64,000 nt of DNA from IMG/VR virus record IMGVR_UViG_2788500220_000013, positions 1-64,000 of that record, one strand, 5' to 3'. Under the pieces are notes generated by a model. It was not told where the DNA came from, did not search any database, and saw only the letters and a list, made by a program, of their open reading frames with translations. The translations under genes were made by a program, and so were the position numbers. How positions within the stretch are numbered: the stretch's first letter is position 1; each line of letters begins with the position of its first letter. Positions 38,501 to 47,707 of this stretch are shown in pieces. Source of the stretch: a virus (lineage: Duplodnaviria > Caudoviricetes).

Positions 38501-39084
38501 AGATCAGTGTGATGAAACACTCCGGCGCCGCCGGTGATGCCGATCGTTCCTGTTGCAGCAGCAGAATCAACAAGACCTGCGCCGCTAAGCAACGTTGAGC
38601 CGTTTGTTTCTGCCATTAAGGCCCCGAGGAAGTATGTTCTACCCTCAGCAGACCCATTACCGATGAATGTACCGGCATGGATATTAGCATTAACCATGCC
38701 ATCCGTTACGCCGGCAACTGTAAGTGGCTGTACTTGTTCGCTACCAACGATAAAGCCAGCATTATTTACTCGTCCTGAGTTATTGGCATCTGTTAAGTCT
38801 CGGCGTAGGCCATCACCTGTGCCGAGGACGCGTACATAAGTTCCTGATCTGGATCGTCTCATCCACTCGTGCATAGCTATCGGGCCGAACTTCTTACCGT
38901 CGGTCGGTCCAAACTCTGCAACGAAATCTTGATATGTAGCGACTGTTACTGGGACAAAAGCAGGTCCCTTTAGTGCAGTACCAATAACGCCTGCAGGGAC
39001 TCCCTGTGGCTGTACAGCCGAGGGTCCACTAAGGTCAATTTCTTTGGTTGATACACCAGCGCTCTTAAAGGTCAATTCAGCCAT
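35533..39084 (-). CDS. Contractile tail sheath protein, paralog 2
   Basis: SAGVSTKEIDLS, GTALKGPAFVP, PWYAPAGFTRG, VVWGQKTLQ, DRVNVRRLL, FEPN and PTRTVEFI. Confidence 0.92.
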   Translation of the reverse strand: MAELTFKSAGVSTKEIDLSGPSAVQPQGVPAGVIGTALKGPAFVPVTVATYQDFVAEFGPTDGKKFGPIAMHEWMRRSRSGTYVRVLGTGDGLRRDLTDANNSGRVNNAGFIVGSEQVQPLTVAGVTDGMVNANIHAGTFIGNGSAEGRTYFLGALMAETNGSTLLSGAGLVDSAAATGTIGITGGAGVFHHTDLVITDAEGTEKIYKFCNDDGSHWGGPALSSGDTFVEAMTTKIYVDATGLQPAIAAELKIAIDSANGHNAGTPGDKIIVTDTSPGGGVGSLSLEQAIEGASGNVSMVNTPSNPGITLTGFSGGDSSTVPIVRGVIMAPSGVVLALSCSEVAGANNAPAAGATGEFGAALDGGYHLGTVDLTGDADQFVMILNGHTNTPDNPNIITASLNPQRPDYFPNILNQDAGCIEHAGHYLYAHYDIHPSHAVVTGSQVLNVDNGHGVDPGTGVPNLGEVAAFLLTGSADHNRGNQGVPNYENFEDRYRTARSPWVTSQMFGGKPKNLFKVHALDDGTAGSGKFKITIDNVQASNSEATKYGTFDVLVRSMTDNDNDPVVFEKFAKLDLNPSSERYIARVIGDMYAYYDFDKPQGAQKLVIEGVHPSRSTYIRVEMDSTVDNGTIDATALPVGFRGHDHLITSGELGASGAATSSNEVGDGPLISPPLASILQPTIWNEVVQLPIPMRNNIKTGVSPKEKVNSALCWGVQFQVNDDVLQQNKNNKFDKSLLSFGKYFPDFQEVNLDVVAGDNAGTPDDALGAEWLTTVLDSDRFNNNAFSLENVEVLLESDGDVDNKQWAAAEYRRDGTLAQGGTTSRFLGRLNFQDDFTSLPMKKYMKFSFFLQGGFDGVNILDREKGKLSNLAAVREMIDSTQQGATKGPTVAAYRKALDVMQETADVDIKLLAIPGLRDPSIVDYAIDVVENRFDAMLIADAEEMDSENNLIVDSTNTNPSVTNTTDRLLGRNLDSSFAAVYYPDVVVNDPALGSAVVCPPSVAVLGAFALNDSVAHPWYAPAGFTRGALDTVIEAQVKLSRANLDTLYEADINPLAAFPHTPGVVVWGQKTLQKAKSSLDRVNVRRLLIEVRRRVRAVGNRILFEPNREATLARFSAAVNPILARIQAQQGLDKFKVIIDTTTTTQADVENNTVRGKIFLQPTRTVEFIALDFVVKNAGQFEV

Positions 39085-39133
39085 TTGTCTATGCTCCTAC
39101 CTGTTAATCCTTTTATTCTACTATAGGTATACA

Positions 39134-42100
39134 TCATGCGAATATTACACCGCTATTCGTAATAATAAAATCGATTGCGATAAACTCGATTGCTCTCGTT
39201 GGTACCACAACAATCCTACCATTTAGTCTGTTATTTTCGTAATCTTCCTGAGAATTATTAGTGTCATCCATTATGACCTGGAACTTCTCAATACCAGCTT
39301 GTGCTTGTACCAGTGCTAATAATGGAGTAACAGAACCAATAAATCTTGCCCGAGTTTGTGGTGTATTAGGCTCGAATAAGATTCTGTTGGCAACACCAAC
39401 AATTTGTCTCTTAACCTCAAGCAACATTCTTCTTACGTTAACCCTGTCCAACGCCGATTTGTTCATTTGGAGAGTTTTCTGTCCAAAGATTACAAATCCA
39501 CCAGATGGGAATACTGCAATTGGGTTAATTCTTGCATCATATAAAGTATCTCTATCACCAGCAGACAATCGTGTTGTTACGTTTGAAACAAATGATAAGG
39601 CACCTCTATTAAAACCAGCTGGAGCAAACCATGGATAAGATACTTTGTCATTGTATCCTAAGGCAGCCAAAGCAGCAACAGATGCAGGAACTCTAACCTT
39701 GAGATTGTTCATAGGATCATCAATATATACATCTGGGAAATACGTTGCGCTGTAGTTGTTATCTACCGCACGAGATTCAAACTCCTCAGAAGTATTTCTT
39801 ACATCAGGCTTAAGCTCATCATGGACTAAAGATCCAACGAACATCCTTGTTCCGTCCTCTGCAACATTTGGAATGTCCATCACATACATAGCTTTGGAAT
39901 ATTCCTTTGTTCTATCAGCTGCAAAGTCTGTAACAAATGAATCCCTAATTCCTGGGATTGCCAAGAGGTTTGTATTCACTGTTAATGGATCAGTCATCTG
40001 GCGGACAGCAACGTTGTATGAATTTACAATGTTATTATCTCTACCTTCACCAGTAATCAATGTACCTCCAAGACCATCATCCTCAAATCCCTCTGCGGCC
40101 AGACCGTCAAGATCACTAGAACTTGCACGATCTGTCATTAGCGCATTGTCTTTATCAAGGATGTTAAGCCCATCGAATCCACCGTAGAATGGTAATGTGA
40201 ATTTCGCATAAGGTGTGAAACGGTTAAACTTAATAGCATCATTATGAACAAGCGATGCTAGTGTAACTCTATCACCAGCCCCTGGATCGTTAACAGTATA
40301 TGTTGCAGCATCCGGAACACCATTTCTAATATATGCCGTTTCTAGCATATGAGTCTTTGCTGTTCCATCAACATCAGCAATTGCTGTTTCATTAAGGGCA
40401 ACCCTGGCCAGGGTGAACTTATTGTTGTTGAATGTGTCAGCACCTGAACCTGTTACCAGTGTATCTAGTTTTGCAATACCCATAAATTTTGTGTATGCAG
40501 AAACTAACGGATTAGGTGTTGAAGAAAGATTTGCATTTAGAATTGCACGATCCATTGACCCTGTGGTTGGAAGTCTTTCAAACTTAACACCCCAGTATAG
40601 TCTAGAGTCGGCGCGTTCATCATTGCCTGATTGGCCTATATGTGTAACGGTTCCACCTTCACAAGAGCTCATAACATGCCCTCTAGTGCATTTGAACCTC
40701 AGTGGTAATGGTGGTACAATGGCATTTTGTAAATCACCTGTTGCACCTACACCTGCAAGGCGTGTATCTTGACCAGCTGGACCAAGTGTATCTGGACCAA
40801 GTGTCAATGCTAGAGCATTTTCATGTGTTAATGAATCAGCGGTCTTAATTGTCGGGATCCCCAAGAAACCGAATGGCATTATATCTTCTGGAAGACATGC
40901 ATCACCTGTGTCTACTGACTCATGTACAATGACCCTAATATGGTGAGACCGATTAGGATATTTTCCGCTAACAACCAATCTACGTTCATCAATTTGATCA
41001 GCGTCAAAATCATACAGGACTTTATAATCACCAATTAATCGGCCGATGTACCTATCACTCTGTGGATCTAGGTTACAATCTGGATATGCTTCAATGATCT
41101 CTCTTGTCATGTCAGTATCGCCAAAGCGCCTGACCTGAACTTCGAATGAACATGTCTTATTATTCGGATCTGTTGAGGCTCGAAGATTTGCAATAGAAAT
41201 CTTTATCTTATCATTAGCATATGCACCATCTGTTAGTGTTTCAAATCTGAATAATGGGTACTCTGTCCCACCATATGGCTGTGATACAATCCATGGTGTG
41301 GTAGGTGTAGTATAACGTGTGTCATACCTACCGTATAATTGTCTAAACGTTTCATCAGCAGTAAGTGGGCAATCCGCGGAGGTTGCTCCGGAGCCAGATA
41401 ATATTGCAACAGCCTTTGTAGCTTCAGTTACAACTCTTGCTAGCTCATCCTCAACTGCAAAATCTGCATAGAGATAATGTTCTAATGTTTGGAATTTATT
41501 AGGGTCCCTGTTAAGAATTTTTCCGACATATGTACTGGCAGATGGGTCCAGTGAGGCTGTCATAATTTTGATACCAGCCAGGCCGTCATCTTCTGCAAAC
41601 GTCTTTCCTGTTGAGGAAGAAATTATTAGCTTGAATGTCTTGTGGTCACCAGGGTTAAGGCCTGCGCAGTCATCCATACTTGACAAGTTTGAACCTGCTA
41701 GGTCTTCATCACCATTAGCAATCATGACGCGTGACCCGGAAGGGGTCATAATAACTGCCCTAACAAGATTTACCTCATCACCGGCTCCAGCAAGTCCTGC
41801 GAAACTATCATTATCACTAAATGCTGGATAACCTTCCATCTCACCACAAGAACTAGAAACCTGATGTCTTGCTACTAAGAATTGTGTTACGCCAGAATGT
41901 CGCCCTTGGGTTTCCGATGGATCCCAGTTAATTGCTCCAGTACCACCAAGAACAAATCCTGCGTTCTTTACGGTACCAAGCCTTTTTGTATTATCAATAT
42001 CAACTAGGGTGTCATTTGCTCCTGCCCCTAGCACTCTCATATATGTCACCGCGGTGCGATTTTTTAAGAATTCACGAACCGCATATGGTCCGAATCTATC

Positions 42101-42286
42101 TGGACTTAAGCCGCCAAATCTTGTTTGGAAATCGGCAAAAGAACCAACGGTTACCGGCACGAAGGCTGGGCCTTTCTCTGCGGTACCAATTATTCCGGCG
42201 GGGGTTCCAACTGGACCCACTTTTCTAGAAGATAGGTCAATTTCCTTCTCAAAAAACCCGGGTGATCGAAATGTCTGCTCAGCCAT
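39134..42286 (-). CDS. Contractile tail sheath protein, paralog 1
   Basis: SPGFFEKEIDLS, KGPAFVP, PWFAPAGFNRG, FGQKTLQ, DRVNVRRML and PTRAIEFI. Confidence 0.92.
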   Translation of the reverse strand: MAEQTFRSPGFFEKEIDLSSRKVGPVGTPAGIIGTAEKGPAFVPVTVGSFADFQTRFGGLSPDRFGPYAVREFLKNRTAVTYMRVLGAGANDTLVDIDNTKRLGTVKNAGFVLGGTGAINWDPSETQGRHSGVTQFLVARHQVSSSCGEMEGYPAFSDNDSFAGLAGAGDEVNLVRAVIMTPSGSRVMIANGDEDLAGSNLSSMDDCAGLNPGDHKTFKLIISSSTGKTFAEDDGLAGIKIMTASLDPSASTYVGKILNRDPNKFQTLEHYLYADFAVEDELARVVTEATKAVAILSGSGATSADCPLTADETFRQLYGRYDTRYTTPTTPWIVSQPYGGTEYPLFRFETLTDGAYANDKIKISIANLRASTDPNNKTCSFEVQVRRFGDTDMTREIIEAYPDCNLDPQSDRYIGRLIGDYKVLYDFDADQIDERRLVVSGKYPNRSHHIRVIVHESVDTGDACLPEDIMPFGFLGIPTIKTADSLTHENALALTLGPDTLGPAGQDTRLAGVGATGDLQNAIVPPLPLRFKCTRGHVMSSCEGGTVTHIGQSGNDERADSRLYWGVKFERLPTTGSMDRAILNANLSSTPNPLVSAYTKFMGIAKLDTLVTGSGADTFNNNKFTLARVALNETAIADVDGTAKTHMLETAYIRNGVPDAATYTVNDPGAGDRVTLASLVHNDAIKFNRFTPYAKFTLPFYGGFDGLNILDKDNALMTDRASSSDLDGLAAEGFEDDGLGGTLITGEGRDNNIVNSYNVAVRQMTDPLTVNTNLLAIPGIRDSFVTDFAADRTKEYSKAMYVMDIPNVAEDGTRMFVGSLVHDELKPDVRNTSEEFESRAVDNNYSATYFPDVYIDDPMNNLKVRVPASVAALAALGYNDKVSYPWFAPAGFNRGALSFVSNVTTRLSAGDRDTLYDARINPIAVFPSGGFVIFGQKTLQMNKSALDRVNVRRMLLEVKRQIVGVANRILFEPNTPQTRARFIGSVTPLLALVQAQAGIEKFQVIMDDTNNSQEDYENNRLNGRIVVVPTRAIEFIAIDFIITNSGVIFA

Positions 42287-42413
42287 CGAATATATCTCCT
42301 TAGACTAGTGTCACTCTTTAATTAAGTATTGGGTTGAATATCAAACTTCTAGACTACTATTCATTCAAGCACATCATATTATGTATAATGTCATCGTGTA
42401 GCGTCATACCCAT

Positions 42414-43751
42414 CTAACTCTTAAAAGACCGTAAAACAGTCTCTCCTTTTCTACGATTTTTAGTTTTAACTTTTACCAATGTCTTTACCTCTTTCCCAGT
42501 AAACGGGTCTTTAGAAATTTTAAAAATTGTAATACCGCCCGGATTTGCAGTATGCCCGCCAACAGTCGTTGATGAGCTACCAGGAACCGCATAACCATCC
42601 GGACTATTATTATTTATTGCTCTAGAATCGCTAGTTGCCACAGATGATCCAATTTGTGGATGTCCGGCAGCATTATATGATGATGCTATCCCGGAAGATC
42701 CGATTGAATCACCAGGAACCGGTCCATGAATTGTTGCAAAATCCTGCAAAATATAGCTATCTGGGTCACCGCTGGGTAACGACCCTCTTTGGTCTGTATA
42801 AATACTAGAATTTCCAAGATCACTATGTTCAAATGAAATAATTGGTGCAGATACAAACTTTCGTAATGGAATACCGGCACCTGGATGATCTGATGCTAAA
42901 ACATACGCCGGTACGCTTATCTCAAAGCTATACCTCACTAGTCTCTCATCATCTGTGAAATCTTCGTAGTTATTACCTGGTGATAGCTCACTAGCAACAT
43001 ATGCAATAAACCAGTATCCCTTATCTGTTTCAATCCTGAATGTTCGCCTATGATTATCCATATATGAACTAAGGACAGCCATCATCATATCATTCATCTG
43101 CTGTGTATATTGAGCCCAAAACGTCACTTGGTATGTTGCACTATAAAACTTAACAGGGGGCATTGTTACAATTTCAAATATATTATCGGAAAGCTCTAAT
43201 TCTAATAACTGGCCTGATCTTGACCCAGTCGTTCTTGGTGCAGAATTTCTTCTAGTGGCTACAGTGCCTGGTTCTGTACCATCACCTTTTCCATCGATCT
43301 TATGAAGATCATGAGAAATATTATCTTGGTTCTTTAAACCCAGCCGATTAATAAGTGCCTGATAGGCGGGATCTGATTTTTCTAATCTTTTTCTTATAAT
43401 CATCGGCGAGCTCTGGCCTGGGCCGATGCCGCGATCGATATCCTGCGCTATACCTGTTCTCATTATAGAAACAAGGGGAAGTATTAATGCACCTGATTTA
43501 TCTCTAAGTGGCCGTTTTCGTCTAAGGACGGCAAATCTTTCGCCGGTTGCAAATATGACAGGAATACGCTTAGCTTCTTTTCCCTGATTAAAGATTAAGG
43601 GAAGCTCTTTATTAAAAAGATTAAAGATAGCCCTATCTACATCCTCTACAGTACATGAAGGTAATACCATATCCTCAGGAATATTATTTCCCTCATAACC
43701 AGTAGGGACGGATACCGAATCTGTGGATGTCTTGCTTGTCTTTATGGTCAT
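42414..43751 (-). CDS. Putative tail completion/sheath-stabiliser protein (gp15-like position)
   Basis: Between neck and sheath genes. IPVIFATGERF, LILPLVSI.R, Y.VTFW..Y..QMN and ERLVRYSF. Confidence 0.55.
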   Translation of the reverse strand: MTIKTSKTSTDSVSVPTGYEGNNIPEDMVLPSCTVEDVDRAIFNLFNKELPLIFNQGKEAKRIPVIFATGERFAVLRRKRPLRDKSGALILPLVSIMRTGIAQDIDRGIGPGQSSPMIIRKRLEKSDPAYQALINRLGLKNQDNISHDLHKIDGKGDGTEPGTVATRRNSAPRTTGSRSGQLLELELSDNIFEIVTMPPVKFYSATYQVTFWAQYTQQMNDMMMAVLSSYMDNHRRTFRIETDKGYWFIAYVASELSPGNNYEDFTDDERLVRYSFEISVPAYVLASDHPGAGIPLRKFVSAPIISFEHSDLGNSSIYTDQRGSLPSGDPDSYILQDFATIHGPVPGDSIGSSGIASSYNAAGHPQIGSSVATSDSRAINNNSPDGYAVPGSSSTTVGGHTANPGGITIFKISKDPFTGKEVKTLVKVKTKNRRKGETVLRSFKS

Positions 43752-44422
43752 TAGCAGTCATCTCCATAAAATGATGAATCTGTTGTTGCAACACCGGGGT
43801 CATTATTCGATACTTCATGAGGCCCTGAAATAGGTGCTTCAAGTTTTTCATTCTCTTGAAGACTTCTAATATCGCCTGTTTCTCCAAGCCTATTTTCAGA
43901 AACTCCCCGCTGTTGTACAAATTCGGTTTGTACTGCATCATCATCTGAATATTCTTCACCAGTTGGGCCAATTGGTTTGATATTAATTTGTCCCTTACGT
44001 GCCTGCTTGCCTACTAATTTCACGCCAGTTTTATGTTCAACTTGGCCGTAGACATTTTTATCGGCAATTACAGACGTTATCTCAAAAAACATTGCACCGT
44101 AACTAAAATAATCACCTTGCAAAACCTTTATCTCTTTATCTAGTAAGTCTCTAGAATGCAGATATATTTCAATTGTAGCAATTTCTTCACTGCCAAATTG
44201 GTTCGTTCTAATAACTTCTGGCTGCCAGTCAACCAGCGCATCGATTTCGATTGGTGGATTAAAAATCTTTTCCGGAGCTTCTTCATATACATCATGTACA
44301 TTAGTTAGATCTTCCCTAACCTTGTAATAAAAGATTTTTTGACCAATAATATCTTTTGTAACTTCTTTTGTTAGATCAGATATATAGTCAATCTCTCGTG
44401 GTGTTATGAATAGACGTGCCAT
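43751..44422 (-). CDS. Putative neck/head-closure protein (gp14-like)
   Basis: Position after the gp13-like gene. GQKIFYY...HDVYEEA..KIF.PP and GDYF.Y...FFEI. Confidence 0.6.
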   Translation of the reverse strand: MARLFITPREIDYISDLTKEVTKDIIGQKIFYYKVREDLTNVHDVYEEAPEKIFNPPIEIDALVDWQPEVIRTNQFGSEEIATIEIYLHSRDLLDKEIKVLQGDYFSYGAMFFEITSVIADKNVYGQVEHKTGVKLVGKQARKGQINIKPIGPTGEEYSDDDAVQTEFVQQRGVSENRLGETGDIRSLQENEKLEAPISGPHEVSNNDPGVATTDSSFYGDDC

Positions 44423-44432
44423 TTAAAATCCG

Positions 44433-45629
44433 TTAACCAACTATTATTGCCTTGCCACCAGGAACCGGAATATGTCTTAGAATTTTCTGCATACTCTCAA
44501 CAGCCGAGGCCTCATCCTCAATCATTTTGCTGTATGTTAATTTAGTTAGCATTTCATTAAGGCTAGTTTTTAAGTTTGATTGTTCTTCTCTGCCCTGCGA
44601 TATAAGGTCAGACCCATTTAAACTAAGATCTCCTCCAGGAATAGGCACTGAAGAAAATTTAGACCTGATTAGTCCTAACATTTCTTTGCAGGCAGCTAAT
44701 GTATATTGTCTGACCCATTGGCGGCCCATGCTATTCACATTTTGAAATCTTAGATTCCCGTATGGAATATTAGACAAGTTACTGACACCATATATCTGGG
44801 CGTCTGGATAGCTGGGGTTAAACGGATTGGGACTAAATGCAATTCGCATCCACAACTTTTTAGGATTTGATTGGGTAGGTCGGGGAAAAACCCTAATTTT
44901 TGTACCAGAAATTCTGTAACTATAATTTGATCTTCTTACCCTATTAGATATATCCATTTGTCCTGCTCGAAGAATATCTTCAAAGACTGGTAGCACATAG
45001 AATACTGTTTCTGGGGTAAATGATTCAAAGCTAAATTCATTGTTAAGATAATTTATTGCAGATGTTGTATCAAAGAATCTATATGCAGCCTGAGGTGAAA
45101 AATGGTATACATCAAGAATCTTTATTTTTGTCTGGGGATCATTTTGTGCGCTGTCAAATAATGCATCACCGTTCTCGTCTTTAAGCTCAGAATATATATC
45201 ATAATCTTGTTGATCTTGTACTAACTGAATAGATCCTGACATCGTGTTATATGATCCACCTATGCCGGCTTCCATCGCATATGGCTCTGCGCGGCGTAAT
45301 AAAAATTCTAAATTTTCAAGTGGAAATAGCTGTTCTTTTCCATGGGGGCCTACATCATATGATCCAGACATATTGCTGCCAGTAGGAAATCCTAGCAGGT
45401 TCATTAAGTGAGACTCTGCCTGAAATTCGTTAACAATCTTGCCATATTCTAAAAATGATTCTTCAAAACATGTCCAAATTTGTTTTTTTGTTAGCTCTAC
45501 GCTTAGTATGTCATCCCCAAGCTTTCTTTTAACAAAAGTAACTAATGCATCGGCCTCAAATTGAAATGAAGCGTCGTCATCAAAGAAACCAAAAGGAGTC
45601 GGATTAAGTGTGTTTATAAATGATGCCAT
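44433..45629 (-). CDS. Putative neck/head-tail adaptor protein (gp13-like)
   Basis: RKLG...L.VELT..QI and WVRQYTLA..KEMLG.IRSKF..VPIPGG...LNG. Confidence 0.75.
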   Translation of the reverse strand: MASFINTLNPTPFGFFDDDASFQFEADALVTFVKRKLGDDILSVELTKKQIWTCFEESFLEYGKIVNEFQAESHLMNLLGFPTGSNMSGSYDVGPHGKEQLFPLENLEFLLRRAEPYAMEAGIGGSYNTMSGSIQLVQDQQDYDIYSELKDENGDALFDSAQNDPQTKIKILDVYHFSPQAAYRFFDTTSAINYLNNEFSFESFTPETVFYVLPVFEDILRAGQMDISNRVRRSNYSYRISGTKIRVFPRPTQSNPKKLWMRIAFSPNPFNPSYPDAQIYGVSNLSNIPYGNLRFQNVNSMGRQWVRQYTLAACKEMLGLIRSKFSSVPIPGGDLSLNGSDLISQGREEQSNLKTSLNEMLTKLTYSKMIEDEASAVESMQKILRHIPVPGGKAIIVG

Positions 45630-45741
45630 TAAGATACTCCGATTCGCTAAATCACTAATAAATATGTAGCTTCGACTATGGTTGACAGAACCAACTCAAT
45701 AAGCGGCTCAAGAATATCATAAGAATGAAAAAAAAGTAGAT

Positions 45742-45774
45742 AAAACAAAAGCGGCTCCTAAAAAGGAGCCGCTT
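45742..45774 (-). terminator. Rho-independent terminator after the major capsid gene
   Basis: Stem aagcggctcct/aggagccgctt followed by T-rich sequence on the minus strand. Confidence 0.8.
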
Positions 45775-45798
45775 GGAAGGTTGGTTTTAAACTATCTG

Positions 45799-47664
45799 TT
45801 AGATAACGTCAAGATCTAGAACCGTAACTGTACCGTAGAAGTCAGCACGAACCATCTTCTTACCATACCGGGTCATTACGCCCTTACGAGGAGTGAAATC
45901 CTCAGGAGCGAAAATAGTCGGTGTGACAATCAATGGAACATATGGCGCGTAGACGTAACCGGTCTCAAGGTAGCTTCCACCCTTATACCCAACAAGAATC
46001 TTGTTGCGTGGGAAGTAAGGATCCTTGTAAACCGTAAAGCGGTTACTAAGTGTACCCACCTTCTCAGCACCAAGACTCATTGGGGCACCAACCTGACCAT
46101 CGCCGTCAAGGCTATAGGAAGGCCGGTAAAGGACGGAAGACTCAAGGATGGTAGCCACATCAGGACCAACAACCATGAAGTTCGCCGAACCCCTAAGGGT
46201 CTTACGGTGGATTGTATTTGCACAATCAATTACAGTCTCAGTAAGAGTCTCATACCACTCGCGGACGGTACCAGTAAACTGTGGACCAGGGGCACCGGCA
46301 GGAGTCTGGGTCTGGAAGACCTCAGCGCCGGAATTCTTATTAACAAACTTACCAGGTGCGCGACTCCAGAAGAGATTAGCACCAGAAGCCGAGGTAAGAA
46401 GATCGTTGAGGATTTCACGGTCAAGCTCTAGAGCAATCTGCTCAGAGAGAATCTGCGTAAGCTCAACCTCTGCATCAAGGCTGTGATAAGCGTTAAGATC
46501 CTGTGCAAGTTCCGGACTCCAACGAGCTCGTAACTTACGAGTTACTGCGGTAACAGCAATTGATTCAATCTTGATATCAATTTCTGGAATCTCAGGGGAA
46601 GGCTCAGTATCAAAATCTGATTCAAAGGATGGTACAACCAAACTATCACCAGAATCGCCAGATGCTCTTGTAGGAGCCTGAACAAATGATACTGCCATGC
46701 CAGCTGCTTGAGTAGCGGTATCGCCAACAATTACCAAAAGCTCGTCTCCGCTCATTGCATTTGGCGTCCACGGATTCGTAAGATTGCTTGGATCCCAATC
46801 ACCACGCTGATTAAGGCGTCGGATATTTTGGATACTAGTACCATGCTCTTGTAAGCCTCCTGGAAGTGCGCCTGCATCAGCATGCCCATGAACTGCAAAA
46901 TCCTTAATCATTGTTTTGTCTGCACGATTGAAATCGGAACCAGATATATCAATAATCAAGGCGCTGAAACCCTCACCGTCGTCGTCGATCGATGCTAGGA
47001 CAGCAGGATCAAATTGAAGCAGTTTGGCATCTTTACCAGCACTATCAAGTGTAGCACCATCAACGAATGCACCGTTTGTAGCACCATGAGCGCCACAAGA
47101 AACTCCGGCTGTTACGGTTACATTCTCATGTACTCGAGAATAACCGCTACCAGCAAGATTGTACATACCACCGAGAGCATCAGAACCAGCCTGAATGTTT
47201 CCTACAGGCGAGCTATAAATAGATGCACCCGCTGAGTATGTATGTGTTCCATCAGCTGGTGTTCCGCCTGTTGGACTTGCACTTGCACCGACGTTTGAGC
47301 CGTATGTATAGTCAAGATAGAAAAGAAGCCCACTGGGGAGGCTCATTGGTTGAATAGAAACGAGCTCGTTTGCTACTAGGCCACCGAATACACGGCGAAC
47401 GATTGGGAACGCAATATTGGTAAAACCACGAATATCACCACTAGCAACGCCAGTGCCGCTACCATCACCAAGTGAGTTAGCCTCTCGTAGCTGCTGTGCA
47501 GCCTGGTTTTCGAGTAGCATAGCCATATTTTCACGATATACGCTATCCAGACCACGAAGCAAACCAGTACGAGACCACTTTTCCACCAAGCGGCGGTTAG
47601 CCGTTCCAAGATGTCGCTGGCGAATTCCTTCGGTCAGCTGTTCTAAAGTAAAAGTCTTCGACAT
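45799..47664 (-). CDS. Major capsid protein (T4 gp23-like)
   Basis: MAMLLENQ, FPIVRRVF, VSIQPMSLPSGL.F, RKLRARWSPELAQDL.AYH.LDAE.EL, YAPYVPL and PRKGVMTRY. Confidence 0.95.
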   Translation of the reverse strand: MSKTFTLEQLTEGIRQRHLGTANRRLVEKWSRTGLLRGLDSVYRENMAMLLENQAAQQLREANSLGDGSGTGVASGDIRGFTNIAFPIVRRVFGGLVANELVSIQPMSLPSGLLFYLDYTYGSNVGASASPTGGTPADGTHTYSAGASIYSSPVGNIQAGSDALGGMYNLAGSGYSRVHENVTVTAGVSCGAHGATNGAFVDGATLDSAGKDAKLLQFDPAVLASIDDDGEGFSALIIDISGSDFNRADKTMIKDFAVHGHADAGALPGGLQEHGTSIQNIRRLNQRGDWDPSNLTNPWTPNAMSGDELLVIVGDTATQAAGMAVSFVQAPTRASGDSGDSLVVPSFESDFDTEPSPEIPEIDIKIESIAVTAVTRKLRARWSPELAQDLNAYHSLDAEVELTQILSEQIALELDREILNDLLTSASGANLFWSRAPGKFVNKNSGAEVFQTQTPAGAPGPQFTGTVREWYETLTETVIDCANTIHRKTLRGSANFMVVGPDVATILESSVLYRPSYSLDGDGQVGAPMSLGAEKVGTLSNRFTVYKDPYFPRNKILVGYKGGSYLETGYVYAPYVPLIVTPTIFAPEDFTPRKGVMTRYGKKMVRADFYGTVTVLDLDVI

Positions 47665-47707
47665 TGTTAAATTCTCCTATTTGTTGTGTTAGACATATTA
47701 AATGCGT

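Noticed and set aside
45701-45709. Second copy of the terminator arm (aagcggctc) downstream of the capsid terminator
   Set aside because: It is only 9 bp and is transcribed after the U-tract, so it cannot act as a classical antiterminator.
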